A stretch of DNA of 64,000 bases from Chrysomallon squamiferum (GCA_012295275.1 CM022670.1:20026001-20090000), one strand, 5' to 3'; counted from the first letter of the stretch, positions 1-12,953 are shown. Translations and numbers: made by a program. The notes: generated by a model from the sequence alone, not told the origin.

Positions 1-643
1 TTCTTTCTGTGAACTCAAACTGGTTGTAAAAAAAAAAGAAAAAAAGAATCTTAATCAAATTAATGTTCATTAATTCATGTATATTCAGTTTATTGTAAAT
101 AAATTCTAACAATACTCTTGGCTGTTTAAACTGATGTTGAGGTTTACTGTGGTTTTAAGTCATGTGGAAACAATTCATCTTTATATAAATTAGCGTGTGT
201 CAAAATTTACACAAAACCTGGGTAGATAACTTTTACAAGTTTAAAAAGGAATAGTTTTAATATAGATGAAAATGGGTATTCTTTGATTTTCAAGAACAAA
301 AGTACCAAAGTGGTCACAGTGAGTTAAAACAAAAGTGTAAAAACAAGTGTTGATCATGAGATGATGTGGTACATGAGTTGTTTTATCAGTTAAGATCATC
401 TTGACAAGATTAGAGGCTAACTATTCATTATTCCTCTGTGACAAATCTGCTTCTATAAAGATAGTAATAATATTATCCTATATAACTACATTTAAATAAA
501 TACAAGTTTTTTTATTTCAAAAAATGTTTCAGATGACACTCATTAGGTAATGTATAACTCACATAATAAAAACATGTATATCATATTGTATCCTCATCCA
601 GGATTACTGAATTCTATTTATTTATTTATTTATTTATTAATTA

Positions 644-676
<33 letters not shown>

Positions 677-765
677 TTACTTTTATTTTTATTTTCACTT
701 CTGTATTGTCATTAATAATACTATCTTTGAAATGATCATTAAAATTCCCAATTAATTAAATACAC

Positions 766-809
<44 letters not shown>

Positions 810-1248
810 ACAGTTAAGTATGAATTAGATTTTGGTGATGTAATTCTAAACTAATGGTAATTTTAGATATTTAATTTTACTCACCTGTTCAAAACTTTTG
901 TTGTTGATTTTGGTTGATGCAGCATATAATAATTTGATTGCCATACATCTGACAGCTGGTGCAGACTGTATGCATTATTCACATCAGGCTAAGTTTTGTA
1001 AATTATAGAGCATATGTCATAGAGGAGTGGCTGTAGGCCATAAAGTATAAATTATAAACAGCCTTTATGAAATGTAAACATAATGGCACCTGTACTTAAA
1101 AATATATTTTTATTGTTTTAGATCAATTATATTCATTTATTTATTCATTTATTATTTTTTTTACATATATAATTCTCATGTTATATAGGAAATAGGCCCC
1201 CTATAACACGAACGAATAAAATAATTTTTAATATTTTCTTATTAACAG

Positions 1249-1402
1249 GTCTTGCTCAGTGTTCAGAACTGTGTTGGCAGTTAAGAGGGTTAGCAGGTAA
1301 ACGGCAGGTGAAAAACGCAAAATTGGCTTTGCAGCACAATATTGGTCTTGGGGGAGCAGCAGTAGTTACTATTTATAGAATGGGTTTTCCAGAATATCAA
1401 AG
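1249..1402 (+). CDS. SCP2: SCPx/SCP2 exon, thiolase C-terminus; upstream exons lie outside the window
   Basis: aacag|GT...AG|gtgag; translates (G)[50 protein letters not shown], the SCPx-type thiolase end. Confidence 0.95.
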
Positions 1403-1884
1403 GTGAGAATACAACAACAAGAACATGATGCTTTAAAAAAATAATTTTTATTTATATATGTATATATTCTGTGTATAGAGTTTTAGTACATTTTGTATTA
1501 TTTACATCTGAAAAAAACAAAATTATAAAAAATTAAATAAAGAATTGTTAAAGCCTTAGTTATTGAGTTCTTATATTTAGGGCACAGTAAATGGATTTTA
1601 ATAAAAATTAAAGGTAAATTTATATATTCCATTTTATTCATGGTTCATTAAAAATTGTGTATTGGTGTCAAATTTTGAAAGTTTTTTTTTTAATTTTTAA
1701 TATTTAAAAAGTATATATATGTTGTTTAACTTTTTTTTTTATTTTTTTTTATTTTGTGGTTTGTTTCCCCCCAATCCAAATAATTGCTAGAAAAAAAAAC
1801 AAAAAAAACTCAACAACAAACAATAATGATATTTTATTATAATAAGATAGTTTTATTTTAATTTTTTAAAATTATTTTATTTAG

Positions 1885-1981
1885 AGCCAAAATAACAAAT
1901 GTAGGTGTTAGTGCTTCTGTGAAAGAGGAAGACTTTAAGTCTGTCAAGATATTCAGCATGATCAAAGATGCATTTAACAGT
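1885..1981 (+). CDS. SCP2: SCPx/SCP2 exon, linker and start of SCP2 domain
   Basis: ttag|A...AGT|gtaagg; phase fits both neighbours; RAKITNVGVSASVKEEDFKSVKIFSMIKDAFNS. Confidence 0.88.
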
Positions 1982-2299
1982 GTAAGGAGTTTTTTTCACA
2001 TCCCAAATTTATTTGTAATATTTTCCCTATACTTCTATATCATTTTCCCCCATCTCTCTTTACCTCAGTCATTTTTTATTTTTTTCTTCATCTTCTCTTT
2101 CTCTGTACACTTGTCTCACCATATTTAGATGGTTGTTTAATAAAATGAATAATGAGAATAATTTGGGTAGGAAAGCATATATAATTTTGTTTGATACTAC
2201 TGTACCTCTCAAAAACACCCATGGATATCTTTTTAGGATGTTTATATTTTTATGATCAAATTTTATTTAAACCTTTTTTCTTTAAAAAACAAAAAATAG

Positions 2300-2429
2300 G
2301 ATGGTGCAAATCTGGTTAAGAAGATAAATGGAATAATGTGCTTCAAGGTAAAGGATGCTAATGGTAAAGAAGGCATTTGGTATGTGGATGCTAAGAATGG
2401 AAATGGATCAGTAAGCTTTGGTGGCAATG
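2300..2429 (+). CDS. SCP2: SCP2 sterol-binding domain exon
   Basis: atag|GAT...G|gtgagt; [43 protein letters not shown]. Confidence 0.95.
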
Positions 2430-3036
2430 GTGAGTGGAAAACTCAGGGTCACACAGTACAAAAATTATTGATATAGTCTATATCTGAAAAATGCTAATTA
2501 AAATTATTTTTCTTTTCATTTGATGAATGTAACCAAGACACTTATAAAGGATTAATCCAGAGACAGTTCTGTGGCAGTGGATGGAATGTAAAACAGCACA
2601 TAGACTAAAGAGTAGTTGATTCCACAAACGACTCTGCCTTGGATTTGTTTTTGTTTTTTCATTGTGGAATAATGAATTGTAATGTATGTAAACGCATTCG
2701 TTCAGTATTTACATTCAAAATGAAGTGGACTCTGAATAAATTTGATTTACTTGTGGGTTATGAAATAGGTCTCAATAAACAGATTACTTCCAGAGTTATG
2801 GTTCTTGCTCATTCATGCAAAAATGCAAAATATAGAGTTTTACTTAGAGGTGATCTGATGAAACTACTCCAGCATGAAAATTTTAATGTTCAAATATTAT
2901 AAAGTCAACAATTACAGCTATATGTTACTGTAAAATCAGGCAGTTTTACACAGAGAAGACAAGATAAACAGTCTTTTTGAATTTTGTTATATCTTTACTG
3001 ATTGTTAAGTAATAATTGTTCTTCTTTTTTAACTAG

Positions 3037-3113
3037 TGAAACCAGATGCGACAATCAGCATGACAGATGAAGACCTTGTTGCCTTTATGACAGGAAAACT
3101 TAATCCACAGCAA
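3037..3113 (+). CDS. SCP2: SCP2 domain exon
   Basis: ctag|TG...CAA|gtaggt; VKPDATISMTDEDLVAFMTGKLNPQQ. Confidence 0.95.
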
Positions 3114-3705
3114 GTAGGTGGAATAATCATATCTTTAATACATTAGTAGCAAGTATAATAGTACAGCTGCTTCCTCTTTGGGATGCACCTTTACTGCAGC
3201 TCAGGTGTTTGGCTGCTTCTTTCTTAGCAAATGGTAGTGAGCAGTGATTGCTCTAGTATGATTTAAAGGGTACAAAACATTATCTAAATATATTCAACAT
3301 ACCTCATGATTAAGGTATTTTTTGTTTGTTTTTTTGTTTACTAATCTTAATAAAAAAAATAGTACAATTTAAATATATCTGGTAGCTATAAACTTTCATG
3401 ACATCAGAACAGAAAATGAATTGCTGCAGTATGTTTTGAATCATAGTTCTTAATATCATTATATACAATTTTCTTTATGTTATCTTAAAATATTGTTTAC
3501 AAAAATGAGGTTATTTATAATCTAATCAGTAATATATTTCAGTCACTTGAGTTTTGTAATTTATTAACATCAATTAAAAGTAATAATATTTGCTGTTATG
3601 TTTAAAAAAATAAAAGCTGTTTTGACATTAATTTTGATTACTTTAATGTATATCAATTTTTAATAGGCTGTTTCTTACATTTAATTTAATTTTATTATCT
3701 TTCAG

Positions 3706-3795
3706 GCATTTTTCCAAGGTAGACTGAAAATGTCTGGTGACATGAGACTTTTAATTAAAGCGAAAGAATTGAAATTAAAGCAGGCAAAGCTGTGA
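3706..3795 (+). CDS. SCP2: SCP2 terminal coding exon with peroxisomal PTS1 (AKL)
   Basis: ttcag|GCA...TGA; AFFQGRLKMSGDMRLLIKAKELKLKQAKL*. Confidence 0.95.
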   Translation, partial: AFFQGRLKMSGDMRLLIKAKELKLKQAKL

Positions 3796-4855
3796 CCATA
3801 CTACATCCCAGATGTTTGTGTGTGTGGATTTTAAAAATATTTTTGGTGATTTGGTGTCCAATCAGATAATGAAAGATATCTGTGATGTGTCAGAATAGAA
3901 ATAACAACACACTATAATTTTTGCTATTTCAGTTACCAAATAATTACTAATTACTAATTTCTGTTTTTATACTTACAAAAATTATTCATAACTGGAAATA
4001 TATGTTTACCTTCTCATGATTAAGGTTTGATAATATTTTTTTTTTTTGCATTTAAATTTAATAAGTATATGTCATCACATTCATTATTAAAGAAATGTTG
4101 ATTTATTATTATTATTTTTGGAATTGTATTGCTATTTTAATGTTAAATAAGATGTAAAACTGTTAAAATAACAATTACTTATTGAAAAACTAATCTATAA
4201 AAAATATACATTTAAATATTTAAATATCTATCCAAAAGATCCAGTTATGTAGTTTTTGTACTTCAAACAATTATATTTGAGAAATCTTATCAAAGATAAA
4301 GTAAACTGAAAGTAACTGAAGTTACTTAAATAATTTTCACCACTGAAAAATACATGAATAAAATTTAACAAAAAATAACAAATGATTGTTTTATGGTGGT
4401 GATGTTATTTTTTTATATATTTATTTTTTTCAAATGAAAATAGCAATTAGAAAAAAGGTTAATATTTTAGAAATGAGTTTTATTTATTAAACTGTAGTTT
4501 TCATACTTTAAAGAAAATGGTTGTGTGTGCATTCTGTTACTGTTATCATTATTTGTTACAAAATACAGTATTTTCAAACAGCATGCTCTTGAAATCTGTG
4601 TGCATTAAAAAGGTATTATTTTTTATATATTGATCAAGGTGATCACAAGTAGAAAGAATGTGTATATGTTTTTGTACATTCCTTCAGTTCAAATTCAAAT
4701 TAATAGACAATTGCTGATTTAAAAAACAAATCAGAATTAAAGTAATTTCTGTAAATGACATTCAGTGTTTAATTGCAAATGTATTTTTGGAGGCATAATT
4801 TTTGTTTAGAGATTTGTTTATGATAATGATTATTGTTATTATTTGACTTTTTTAC

Positions 4856-4915
<60 letters not shown>

Positions 4916-7900
4916 TTTTTTTAAATTTCATATATATATATTAAGCATTTTGCTTTATTATTATTTTTTTTTCTATCTCTCCTGCTTCAATTTAATTTGT
5001 ATAGACTTTCATTTATTATTTTTTGCAGTTGAACAGATCATATTCTTTTTAACACTGTAGCCTTTACAGAACATCTTCCTTTATTATAATGGTATCCATT
5101 AATATAATTTGTGTAAATTATGTTATCTACATTTTACAAACTATTAACAGTTAACCTTTGTAAATCATTCTATTAAAACAATGTAGGAGTTGTTTTCCAA
5201 GTGTTTGTAGGAAAAGAAAATCTAATAATAATATATTTTTGTGATGAAATTAAGTTACCTTCCTTAATATTACATTTTAAAATGAAAATATTGTGTGTAT
5301 ATCAATAATTTTGTTTCATAACTTGTTATAACCTGGAAATTAATCTTTTTATTTATGCAGTTTACAGTGCTCTAGAAATCTTTGCAAAGACTGAAAGTTT
5401 TTTAAGCAGGTTTTGTATCTGGTCTCTGTATTTTATTTACCAGTTGTACATTTTCACAATGTATTTGAGATGTGGACAGACACATGCATTTGTATATGTA
5501 AATGTGCATGCTGGAATTCTGTCTGTTTTAATTACATTTTTATAAGCATAATTCTTTGATTGTATTTTTTTTAAACTTTAGAATATAGTAGATAATGTTT
5601 TTTTTAATTTTTTTTAATTTTTTTTTTTTTTAAATATTTCAAAATGGTGATTTCTGGGGTTAATTTTAATTGGTTTAAGGTGATCATAAAATAACTTTAT
5701 AAAATGAAATTGCCAATAAAATATGTTTATAATAGCATCAGATAATTTTGTTGTCATTTTAATATAGACATTTTTTTATATATATATATATATATTTTTT
5801 TTGTAGACACATTGTGGCAGTCAGTTTAAAACACAAATTAAGCTACTGGAAGTTTTCCAAAGAAGAATGCATACATTAATGTGAATCATCCAAATTTCAT
5901 GAACATTTCTTTTTTTTAATTTTTTTTATTATGTTGTTGTTGCTTAAACTTATAAATCTAGGGCTTTCAAATAATTATAGCATATCATAATCACATCAAG
6001 ACAACATTAAATAAAATTTTCAATACTAATTTTTGAGATATTGTTTACAGCATCAGTCCTTAAGACCATGCCCCAAGCCTTCTTTACTTGAAGGGCTTGG
6101 TATGTAGTGTACTTTCATGATTACTGGAAAGTAAGTATGAAAGACCCATTGGTATGAATCATTAAGGAATATGTCATGAAATGGCAACGTTGTGTATGAA
6201 ACATTTAAAATCAAGAATTGTCAGAATTTTTTAGCTAGCCTTGAAATGTGACAATTTTTTATATTTTTTTATGGAAAAGATTATCAAAATACCTTGTGTA
6301 ATGACTGTAAACACACAAAATCACAAATTTACTATGCTGAAAATTCTTCTGAAGGAAGTTTCTGATAATGTTACTTGTTGCTCACAATTTTCCATAAGTA
6401 ATGAATATTCAATGCCTGAGTTTATCATTATGGTATCAAAATGGAACTTAATGTATAAGCAATAAAACAGATAGTCAAACTCACTACATATAAAATGCAA
6501 TTAAATCCCTAATTCAAAACGCAGGATCATATGTATTCATTACACATAACCAAATAGAAAAAAACACTTCCATGAATAAGTATCTATTACAATGAATAAA
6601 CATTAAATGTATCACATGTTATGGAATGTTGGATTTATTTACAAATGATTTTATAATCATTTATTTAAGCATATATTTTCTCCTGATATAAACATGTACA
6701 AAAATATATAATCATACAGAATATCTATATCAAAGCATATTTACTTTCTAAATATCAATTAAGATACATATTTATAACCTTTAACAGACCACTGTAATTT
6801 ATAAAATAAAATGTACATTAGCATAAAAGCTGTATATTGTGAAGGCTCAACAGTGACTCATAATTTCAGTTTTATAAGCTATGTAATAATAGCTATAATT
6901 ATCCAATCAAGGGGAAAACAAGATGAATAATATTGATAGCACTTTATATAGAAATGAATTTCTTGGCATATTAAAGTTTATAAAGGATGTAATTACTTCA
7001 GTACTAATTGCAAATAATAGATGTTTGAAAATATGTATATTATTACTATTAACAGCAGTAGCAACAGTAATGAAGGCTATAGACAGCATAGTTCTATAAT
7101 GCTATTTCTAATAAACATTTTTTTAAAGTTACTTTATAAACTGTCTTCTCTTCTTAAGTCCGTTACCGAATTCTTTAACCATAATTTGATACCAGACTTA
7201 ATATTCTGAATGTACTTATTCCCTTTAGAAAAATCCTGTGTATAAACATAATTTACAAAGCCCCCCCCCAATCTACCACATGATAATGAAAAATAAGATG
7301 AAAACCATTTTTTAATAAAAACAAGGATGAATTTAATATGAATGCATTAAATACACTTAAGCTGTGATATTTTCATAAAACACTATTTATAAAAAGTTAA
7401 TAAAATGTGTGGAATGTGATCATGAATACTTATTATGAAAGTATCGTACACTAAATTTACTTAAAAAATGTATTTAATGTCATTTTAAAAAAAATAAAAT
7501 AAAATGACTGTGAAATGTTCCATTTAAGTATGGTCAGTTTTTATCAATAAATATAAAAAATATAATTAAGATTTTCCCAATATACATTTAAAAGAATACT
7601 TTGCTGATAACCTGTGTTTTTGAAATAATTTCACTAAATATCTTAGTTCAAAATATTAAAAGAGTGAAGCCAGATTTGGTTAAAAAAAAGAGTCAAATTA
7701 TTAAAATCCTAACTAATTTGCAATTGGAAAACATACAGCTCTGTTTTTAATTTAATTTAATGAATTTTTCTTTTTGGCTTTCTATAAATCAGTTTTTTCA
7801 TTATTATTATTATTTTTTTTTTAATTTCATTACAAAACAGTACAAGTTATCTCTATGAAATTAATTTATTTTTAGTATTGCAGTCTAAAGTAAAATTTAA

Positions 7901-8291
7901 AAAAAGATGTGGTTTAGATTTCTGATACTGTTCTTTTCATATACTCTATTTTATTATTTTTTAAAAGGTATTTTATATTGGAAGTAGAAAATATACTAAA
8001 ATGTTTTATTTAAGAATCTGAATCCAAGGGTAGTTGTTTAAAATTTAGTCAAAACAAAATCATTTAATGTTTTATAAATAATATATACATTTATTTTAAT
8101 ATAGTTCAGCTGTTGCAAACTTGCAAGTAAGGAGCTATGTTTAATGTAATACTTAGTTTATCTATTCACTTGGTATTAAGATGGTCTTACAAAATTTGAA
8201 GATGTTAAAGGAAATTCATAGTTAGCTTGATAATGCAGACAAAACTGTTTTTTTCATTGGACATTGTTATAACTACAATACATCAGATCAA

Positions 8292-9395
8292 CTATAAATG
8301 TTTTACATTCAATTCATCTATCACAGCTGTTCTTTTGTTATCGTCAATTCTTAATATGAATGGATGTTCCTTGCCTCCTATATCAGGTGGAATGCTGACT
8401 CTAAGCTCTGCATGCACTTCTTTATCTGGTCTGACACTCTCTAAAGTATGACACTCGTGTAACACATTTACCTGAAACACAACCTCATTAACTGCATCCT
8501 TTACACTGAAGCGAAAACAGTTGGCTGAACTGGGTGTTATTTTTGTTGACTTGGTAAAATCTTTCACTTCAAGATTGCTTCCAGTCACAACAATATCTCC
8601 ATTGACTCCCAAGAAACAACGAATACCAACAATTTCTTCAAAATTTTTGTAAACTGTAGGTCTTAAATAGATATCTAATCCAGTCCTCATATTTTCCTGA
8701 GTTCTGTTTTTCCTGTTCAGGAACTGAACTCGTCCATTGAGTGATAGCATGGGAGTAGGTCTGTATCTACTTTTGCTTACTGTATAAACAATAGGACTGT
8801 TTAAAACAAGAGCTTCTGTACTGCCAAGAATAGAATTCTTTTCCATGTAGAATCCCATTTTCAGCCATGCACCTGGATGAAACATAACCTCATCCCTTTT
8901 TCTTACAAGAGGGTTTAACTTTTCTTGAGAAAAGTGTCGATACTTTTTCAAGTGACCCTGCAGGTCAGTGTGATCAAGATCAAAGTATAACTCATTGGGA
9001 GGAAATCGGTAGGACACATACATTAAATTCTGGAAGTCTGGAAGATCACCATCAGCATGCCAAACCATAAGGGCAGAATGAGAAACTACATCAGTAAGCC
9101 ATTTAAGTTGAGGTACTGAGTTATGAATCAGTGACAGTCTGGCCTGAAAGATTATAGGCTGATCACCTACATCCCATTTCTCAACAAGTTCATACATATC
9201 CATCACCATATCCCAAGAGTAGCCACTCTGACTTAGGTCTGTGTGTATCCCTGATGTCCAACCTAAAGATAAAGTACACCTTGGGAAAAGACGTTTCATT
9301 GTACGGAAGAAACGTGTTGCATCAACAGTTGGTTTCTCTCCATGAGGTCCTTGTAATACATCTGCATGAAGCCAGACTGGAAATTTTAAAGTACT
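8292..9395 (-). CDS. FAM151: FAM151/menorin-family protein, exon 4 (terminal, 368 codons)
   Basis: tttcag|AGT; STLKFPVWLHADVLQGPHG...FPRCTLSLGWT...IIFQARLSL...YFDL are menorin (DUF2181) motifs, followed by a long C-terminal region; extends ORF 8292..9299. Confidence 0.93.
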   Translation of the reverse strand, partial: STLKFPVWLHADVLQGPHGEKPTVDATRFFRTMKRLFPRCTLSLGWTSGIHTDLSQSGYSWDMVMDMYELVEKWDVGDQPIIFQARLSLIHNSVPQLKWLTDVVSHSALMVWHADGDLPDFQNLMYVSYRFPPNELYFDLDHTDLQGHLKKYRHFSQEKLNPLVRKRDEVMFHPGAWLKMGFYMEKNSILGSTEALVLNSPIVYTVSKSRYRPTPMLSLNGRVQFLNRKNRTQENMRTGLDIYLRPTVYKNFEEIVGIRCFLGVNGDIVVTGSNLEVKDFTKSTKITPSSANCFRFSVKDAVNEVVFQVNVLHECHTLESVRPDKEVHAELRVSIPPDIGGKEHPFILRIDDNKRTAVIDELNVKHL

Positions 9396-10387
9396 CTGAA
9401 ATTAAATAAAATTTGTGCAGTAAAATCAACATAATAAAAACAAAGTTGCTAATAGAGCATACCCCCTCCGAAAAAAGAAAATACAAAAACAATTAATAAT
9501 TAAAAATAAAATATCACACAACAAATAAACAAAGAATTAAAAAATTAAATACATATAAACATATATACAACCATGGTGAGATGAGAAATATTTGTCTCCC
9601 TTTGCATTAAATATACAAAACCTTGCCAAAATAGTTTAATTAAAAATAAGAAAGACTATAAAAATGTTTAATCCTAATACAAAAAAACTAATGCCTAATT
9701 CTGTTAATTCAAAATTTTTATGAGAAATGGTAAAAAATTAACATTTAATGTAATTTAAAAACATGATTTCAGTAAAAATTCTACAGTGAGATTAAAACTG
9801 CAAAAAGTGAAAGTTCGTACAAATATAAATAACAGATCAGTAAATTTATAATTTGAAATGAAACTTGATACTGGTACAGAATGACAAACTATTGCATTGT
9901 TGTTAATAATTTACACAATTTTGATTGTTTACCGTTTCTGTCATTGACACTTTTCATATTTATTTAGATTGTCAGGGTTCAATTTTCCTGTGCATATGTG
10001 AAATAAAGGAAAACTCCATATCCTAAGACTTGTTAAATTAACAAGCAAAAGTTGGTGTGAGGCACATAAAATCCATTAACTTGTAAAATTATAAAATGTT
10101 TTAGGTTATTAATTCATAAAGACACAACAATCTTTTTTTCATAGATTAGCTTAAATCAGTTTCCACTCTTGCATGTTTTTTTTTGTAAATTAACTTGGTA
10201 TTCTTCTAATATGTGTTGATGTTTTTTAATAAACCTTTAATTTAAGATTTTTAAGACTTTTGGAATATAAAAAAGAAAATTCAGTTTTTTTTTTTTTCCA
10301 GTATTCTTACATTTATAATGAAAATTTTCTACTTTACATATAAAGTATTTTTACTTATTATTATTATTTTTAATTTTTATTTGTTAC

Positions 10388-10611
10388 CTTGAGATTTACA
10401 TTTTTAAGTTTCTGGAGTGATATTTCCACTGAATCTATACTGCTGAAGTCCAACTTTATACCCTTAGTTCCAGATTTCAGTGCAGCCAACCATTCATCAA
10501 GTGTAATGTCACTGTCTGTACTGGGAGGTTTGCCCATCACTGGGACCAGGGTATGAACTTTAGTACCCTGACCCCTCAAAATTATATCACCCTCTACCAT
10601 GTGAGCAGGAC
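10388..10611 (-). CDS. FAM151: FAM151/menorin-family protein, exon 3
   Basis: ttcag|GT...AAG|gtaac; GPAHMVEGDIIL...PVMGKPPSTDSDITLDEWL...KGIKLDFSS. Confidence 0.93.
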
Positions 10612-10866
10612 CTGAAAATAATACATAAATTAATGAAATAATGTATTTTTATTGATCTGATTACTGATATTTATTGATGCTATGTTTTTGTTTCTTTGGT
10701 GGTGTGTTTTTTTTTGTGGGGGTTTCCATAAAAAACTAGACTATCCTAAATTTATTATCTATGTACATACTTTAACAGATGAAAAGTTTTATTTATTTAA
10801 TTTTTTTAATAGTGAACAGCTTTATATAACTCTTAACTGTAATATATAATAAGAATATATATTCTT

Positions 10867-10869
<3 letters not shown>

Positions 10870-10927
<58 letters not shown>
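10870..10927. repeat. (TG)n microsatellite, representative of many
   Basis: Similar tracts: (CA)n ~763-805 and 16933-16980; (TG)n 12144-12195 and 60738-60801; (TTA)n ~4856-4915 and ~50910-50985; (GA)n ~49625-49709; (AAT)n 57415-57468; (TCTG)n ~22468-22547; (TTTTA)n ~32040-32240. Confidence 0.95.
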
Positions 10928-10930
<3 letters not shown>

Positions 10931-10937
10931 GTTAGAC

Positions 10938-11096
10938 CTTTAATGGCCTCTTCCAGTTTTGCTTGTGAATTTACTTGTCGGGCCCACAGAATTTTACTGC
11001 CATCATCCTCTGCATCACCAAAAAACATAAGTGCATTGACATCAGGACCAATCTTTAGAAAAGGTAATCTGGGTTTCAAAAATTTTGGAATAAATC
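10938..11096 (-). CDS. FAM151: FAM151/menorin-family protein, exon 2
   Basis: ttcag|GA...G|gtcta; GFIPKFLKPRL...DGSKILWARQVNSQAKLEEAIK; phase 1 at both ends fits neighbours. Confidence 0.88.
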
Positions 11097-11284
11097 CTGA
11101 AATAAAAAATGGAAAACATAGTTTCAATTTGATGTTTAACAGGAATTAAATAGCTTTTCAAAATGAATACTGAACATCCGTACAGTTAATATTTAATATG
11201 ACTTTTTTAGTTTTCTGCAGCTCTTTTTGCAAAACATTGTTGGGTCTGCCAGTGTTAATATTAAGCAATACAAATAAGACAAAC

Positions 11285-11420
11285 CTCCATTAAGTTGATA
11301 CCAAACATAAATAATAAATCCAATAACCAATAGCTGGATTACTAAATATTTTTTTAAAGGTCGTCCAAACATCAGCAGGTTTGTGATTAGCGAGTTCTGA
11401 TTATGGCCTTGTCGAAGCAT
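11285..11420 (-). CDS. FAM151: FAM151/menorin-family protein, exon 1 with type II TM/signal anchor
   Basis: MLRQGHNQNSLITNLLMFGRPLKKYLVIQLLVIGFIIYVWYQLNG G|gtttgt, phase 1; start could instead be the in-frame ATG at 11471 or the later MFGRP. Confidence 0.75.
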
Positions 11421-11448
11421 CCTTTCCGAAGAAATAAACAAAACGCTA

Positions 11449-11457
11449 ACTTCCGGT
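11449..11457 (-). promoter_or_regulatory. ETS/GABP-type site (ACCGGAAGT) just upstream of the FAM151 start
   Basis: acttccggt on + strand, ~30 bp from the ATG, in a locally CpG-retaining patch. Confidence 0.5.
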
Positions 11458-12137
11458 ATTGTAAGGGACATAACCTAGTTTTAAAAAATTATAATAATAG
11501 AATAAGAAATTATAATAATAAATTTTAAAAATAAACAAATAAAATAAAAGATTAAATTTATTTGATAGGAATAACGAGTAGTTCAGGGGAGTTATTTTAG
11601 TTTTTTGTCAGTGAAATTTTAGAAAATGATACCTTAATTCCTTATCCCTTCTCAGCTTCTGATGAAATTTAAAATTTATTATTACTATTATTGTTGTTGT
11701 TGTTGTTCTTGATGTTCTGATTGTATTTTCACTGTTGCTGCTGATGCACCCAACGAAAAACATTTATATATTTATTTATTGTGAAATAATCCAACGATAA
11801 ACTAAATTACATTAATACATATACAGAAATAAGGTTATTGAGTACATACACCGGTATAACTCAGTGTATCAATTACTCAACCACATTCCAACTAATATAT
11901 ATCTAAAAGTCAAAAATAATAAATACAAACATTGAATGTTTGAATTTGGAACAATGTAAGCCTATAGTTTTAAAATAATTAACTATTAATAAGACTTATA
12001 TTTATCTGAAATATTTTTCTTATTTGTCTGCTTTGTTACTAATATTTTACTCCTAAAAATGTATGTAAGAACCATTTTACCACATAATAGGAAATGAAAC
12101 GTATGATCTGTTTTTGTTCAGTCAAAGTATGTTAGAT

Positions 12138-12197
<60 letters not shown>

Positions 12198-12694
12198 AGG
12201 GGTGGGTGTTCTGCCCCAAATCGGAATAATTCCTGCTCACGCTAATTACCATCCCATGGAGATTGACTAAAATTACAAACATAGACTGGGTGTTCCAATG
12301 GGTTTATATTTGTATGTGAATGTACGTGTGTATGGAATTCATTTCATCTCGGAATTTGTATTTTCTAACTCCTTTATGGAATCCTCCATTTTCACAACTC
12401 ATTTAAAGGATCTGTCACATAAAATTATCTTAAATGAAACTCGAAACAGAATTAGATATGCATTATAAATAACAATAATATTTTAATTCATTTAATCTTT
12501 AAATCACAAGTCTATTTTTATACAAAACGTTGACACGATCGATTGTATTTATGTTAATGTAAATAGAGCATGTTTAGAATAAAATAAAGACATAAAGTAA
12601 TGCATTTACTTTCTGTTATGCAGACTAAATAGATTTTCAAAAGTGATTTATTTGCTTCACCTATATTTATGGTTAACAAGTGTAGATAGATATA

Positions 12695-12803
12695 TGACGT
12701 CGCAACGCATCCTCTTAAAATGATGACGACTGTGTGTGACAATACTCGATTTCTATAGTAACTACACATGGCAACAGGGACGTAACAGGTATTATTAACA
12801 AGG
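12695..12803 (+). promoter_or_regulatory. Probable RGS22-like promoter and non-coding first exon
   Basis: CRE-like TGACGTCG (12695), X-box ATTTCTATAGTAAC (12749-12762), CATGGCAAC half-site (12767-12775), CpG cluster, donor AAG|gtattt at 12803. Confidence 0.5.
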
Positions 12804-12953
12804 TATTTAATTCTTGCTAACTAATTAGTATATAGTACTGAAATAAATGAAACTAAAGTGTAATATTTATTAAATTTATAAAACTTTATCTGGTGTGATT
12901 TTATTTATATTACTTTTTGAAAAATGGTACTTAGAGTATACTTCGATATAACG

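Noticed and set aside
885-1089. Minus-strand exon-like block (tacag|...CAG|gtgagt) in the SCP2 intron
   Set aside because: No convincing ORF or partner exons; isolated splice-like motifs are expected by chance
12768-12803. ATG at 12768 as the RGS22 start codon
   Set aside because: In-frame TAA after five codons, and no donor gives the phase 1 required by exon 16830
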